Part shown: in pieces, positions 27,386-29,169 of the stretch
Layout: the number at the start of each line of letters is the position of its first letter
Position numbering within the stretch: position 1 is the first letter of the stretch
Notes under the pieces: model-generated
What the model saw: only the letters and a program-made list of their open reading frames with translations
The model's database searches: none
What the model was told of the DNA's origin: nothing
Position numbers and translations under genes: made by a program
DNA from: Nitrosopumilales archaeon
GTDB lineage: Archaea > Thermoproteota > Nitrososphaeria > Nitrososphaerales > Nitrososphaeraceae
Assembly: GCA_044507735.1 (NCBI GenBank)
Contig: JBIQJB010000026.1
Span: 1 to 29,169, forward strand
Length of the DNA stretch: 29,169 bases
Reading direction: 5' to 3'

Positions 27386-28255
27386 ATGAAGGTAGCAAGA
27401 ATAAAGGACAGCAGGGTCAAAGAGACCTACGGCATCATTTCTGATGACGGCAAGTCTATTGTAACAAAGGCAGAGATACAACAACAAACGGGAATCCCTG
27501 TTCCTCCGAACATCAAAGATTTCATGTTTAGGGGCTGGCTTGATGAAATCAGGCAGCATAAGGGAAAGCTAAAGTACACACACAGTGTGGCAGACGTCGA
27601 ACTGCTTGTACCGATACCCAATCCTCCAAAAATAATCTGTCTTGCGTTCAACTACTTTGATCACGCCCGTGACGCGGGGCTCACCCCCTCTGACGAGCCA
27701 GTAATATTCTTGAAGCCTCGCACCGCGCTCAATGAGCCCTATAAAGACGTCATCTGTCCATCCTTTGTGACTCGTCTTGACTATGAGGCAGAACTAGCAG
27801 TAATTATCGGAAAAGAAACCAAGAAAGTTGCAGAGGAAAGCGCTCTCGAGAATGTCTTTGGATATATGATATTCCATGACGTTTCAGCACGCGACATTCA
27901 ATTCAAGGACAAGCAATTCACGCGTGGTAAAGGAATCGATACATTTGCTCCTTGCGGGCCATGGATAACCACCAAGGATGAAATCCCCGATCCTCAGAAG
28001 CTCCAGATAACGACAAAGGTAAATGGCGAGATCCGACAGAATTCGTCAAGTTCCAACATGGTAATTCCTGTCAAGAGAATAATATCGGAGCTGAGCAGAA
28101 CCATGACGCTAGAACCTGGCGATATCATCTCGACAGGCACGCCAGCAGGAGTGGCCATGTCCATGAAGGAACCCAAATATCTCAAGGACGGCGATGTGGT
28201 CGAGATAACTATCGAAAAGCTAGGCACGATAAGGAATCGAATAGTATTCCAGTAA
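27386..28255 (+). CDS. Fumarylacetoacetate hydrolase family protein
   Basis: KIICLAFNY..H, DYEAELAV, DVSARD.Q, GKG.DTFAPCGP and STGTPAGV motifs. Confidence 0.94.
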   Translation: MKVARIKDSRVKETYGIISDDGKSIVTKAEIQQQTGIPVPPNIKDFMFRGWLDEIRQHKGKLKYTHSVADVELLVPIPNPPKIICLAFNYFDHARDAGLTPSDEPVIFLKPRTALNEPYKDVICPSFVTRLDYEAELAVIIGKETKKVAEESALENVFGYMIFHDVSARDIQFKDKQFTRGKGIDTFAPCGPWITTKDEIPDPQKLQITTKVNGEIRQNSSSSNMVIPVKRIISELSRTMTLEPGDIISTGTPAGVAMSMKEPKYLKDGDVVEITIEKLGTIRNRIVFQ

Positions 28256-28335
28256 CTTTTATACAAAGTCAAGCTGATCACATCGCTACTACTGCCTTGA
28301 CGAGGATGATCTCCGCAAGAACTTTTTTTGCCCGC

Positions 28336-28797
28336 ATGAATGAGGGCCGCCGGAACTGGCTGACTGAAGGTCAGTTGGTGAAAGGGTGCGAGGAATTCCT
28401 TAGAGCAAACGGCTACGACCAGATCGAAAAAGATAAGGTCTTTGATCAAGGCGACAAGGTATTCAATTCGCTTCTGGTAGGGACAAAACAAGGTTACTCT
28501 GGACAGGAAACAATTGCCTCATACTTCAAGCCTCGTATAGACAGGTATGATATTGGCTCATTCGGCTCCGTGGAAGCGATCCTCTATGACCTCCTTGATA
28601 ACTACGAAAATACCAATCTCATGCTTGTCACCGACTCTTTATCATATACCCCGATGACAAAGATAGAGGAATTGAGCGTGACTCTTGAAAATTTGATGAA
28701 TGAGGGTCTGTTTGTGCTCTTTATGAATGATAGATCGGGCTATGCACTCTTTGACGAATTCAAGAAGCTGACGGCACCGATCCCTGTTTTGGATTAA
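28336..28797 (+). CDS. Hypothetical protein, possible degenerate restriction-endonuclease-like fold
   Basis: 153-aa ORF from the ATG at 28336 (track start 28297); N-terminal TEGQLVKGCEEFLRANGY. Confidence 0.7.
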   Translation: MNEGRRNWLTEGQLVKGCEEFLRANGYDQIEKDKVFDQGDKVFNSLLVGTKQGYSGQETIASYFKPRIDRYDIGSFGSVEAILYDLLDNYENTNLMLVTDSLSYTPMTKIEELSVTLENLMNEGLFVLFMNDRSGYALFDEFKKLTAPIPVLD

Positions 28798-29087
28798 GAT
28801 TTCTTTTCCTGACCTCTACTTAGTCTGATTATCTCACGCTCTAACATTCTTGCATAGTATTCGTATGATTCGGCCAGCTTTCCCCTGACGTTTGCCAGCT
28901 GCATGGACAGGTTGAGCGCGTCAAGGCAAGTTTCAAGAGATCTATCGGCCGCAAAGTCGTTCATTGCCTTGTTGAACTGGGACACGAGCCTTCTCTGTTC
29001 ATCGCTGTGCTCATTTATCGTCTTTGTCAACTGGTCAATCTCGTCACCGGAATTTCCAAAACCTGAGGTTTTAAACCAGTTCACCAT
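28794..29087 (-). CDS. Hypothetical helical/coiled-coil protein (97 aa)
   Basis: ATG start; heptad-like helical composition; shares a TTAA convergent stop overlap with the previous gene. Confidence 0.75.
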   Translation of the reverse strand: MVNWFKTSGFGNSGDEIDQLTKTINEHSDEQRRLVSQFNKAMNDFAADRSLETCLDALNLSMQLANVRGKLAESYEYYARMLEREIIRLSRGQEKKS

Positions 29088-29169
29088 GTGGAATTTTTGC
29101 TGTCGAAATCACATTAAAACCTGCCTATTAGATCATTACTGTTACACATCAACAATTAACAATGTATTT

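Noticed and set aside
1-29169. CRISPR array, IS element, integrase or provirus
   Set aside because: By eye I saw no regularly spaced repeats, transposase or recombinase motifs, or terminal inverted repeats.

Overview
Archaeal chromosomal segment. The gene content (AOA-type NirK, two-domain multicopper oxidase plus ZIP transporter, PEF-CTERM and CFI-box-CTERM surface proteins, several small winged-helix regulators, TFB) points to an ammonia-oxidising archaeon, probably Nitrososphaerales; this is inferred from recognised motifs, and no database search was run. Left to right: (1) an arylsulfatase running off the left edge, not in the supplied ORF track; (2) an intron-containing tRNA-Cys(GCA) directly behind a SelB-like (aSelBL) and DUF99 gene pair; (3) a copper/metal block with nirK, a Zn-finger microprotein, Ig-like surface proteins, an unlisted 55-aa RHH-like gene, and the ZIP/MCO pair under a triple TTAG-N6-CTAA operator array; (4) prs and rnz; (5) an 8.5-kb regulator-rich accessory block (egghead-like GT2, TFB, PPP phosphatase, two wHTH, GvpD/KaiC-like ATPase); (6) the ipk-fni-GGPP synthase-gltX-FAH operon and two hypothetical genes. 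I saw no CRISPR array, rRNA, transposase or integrase.
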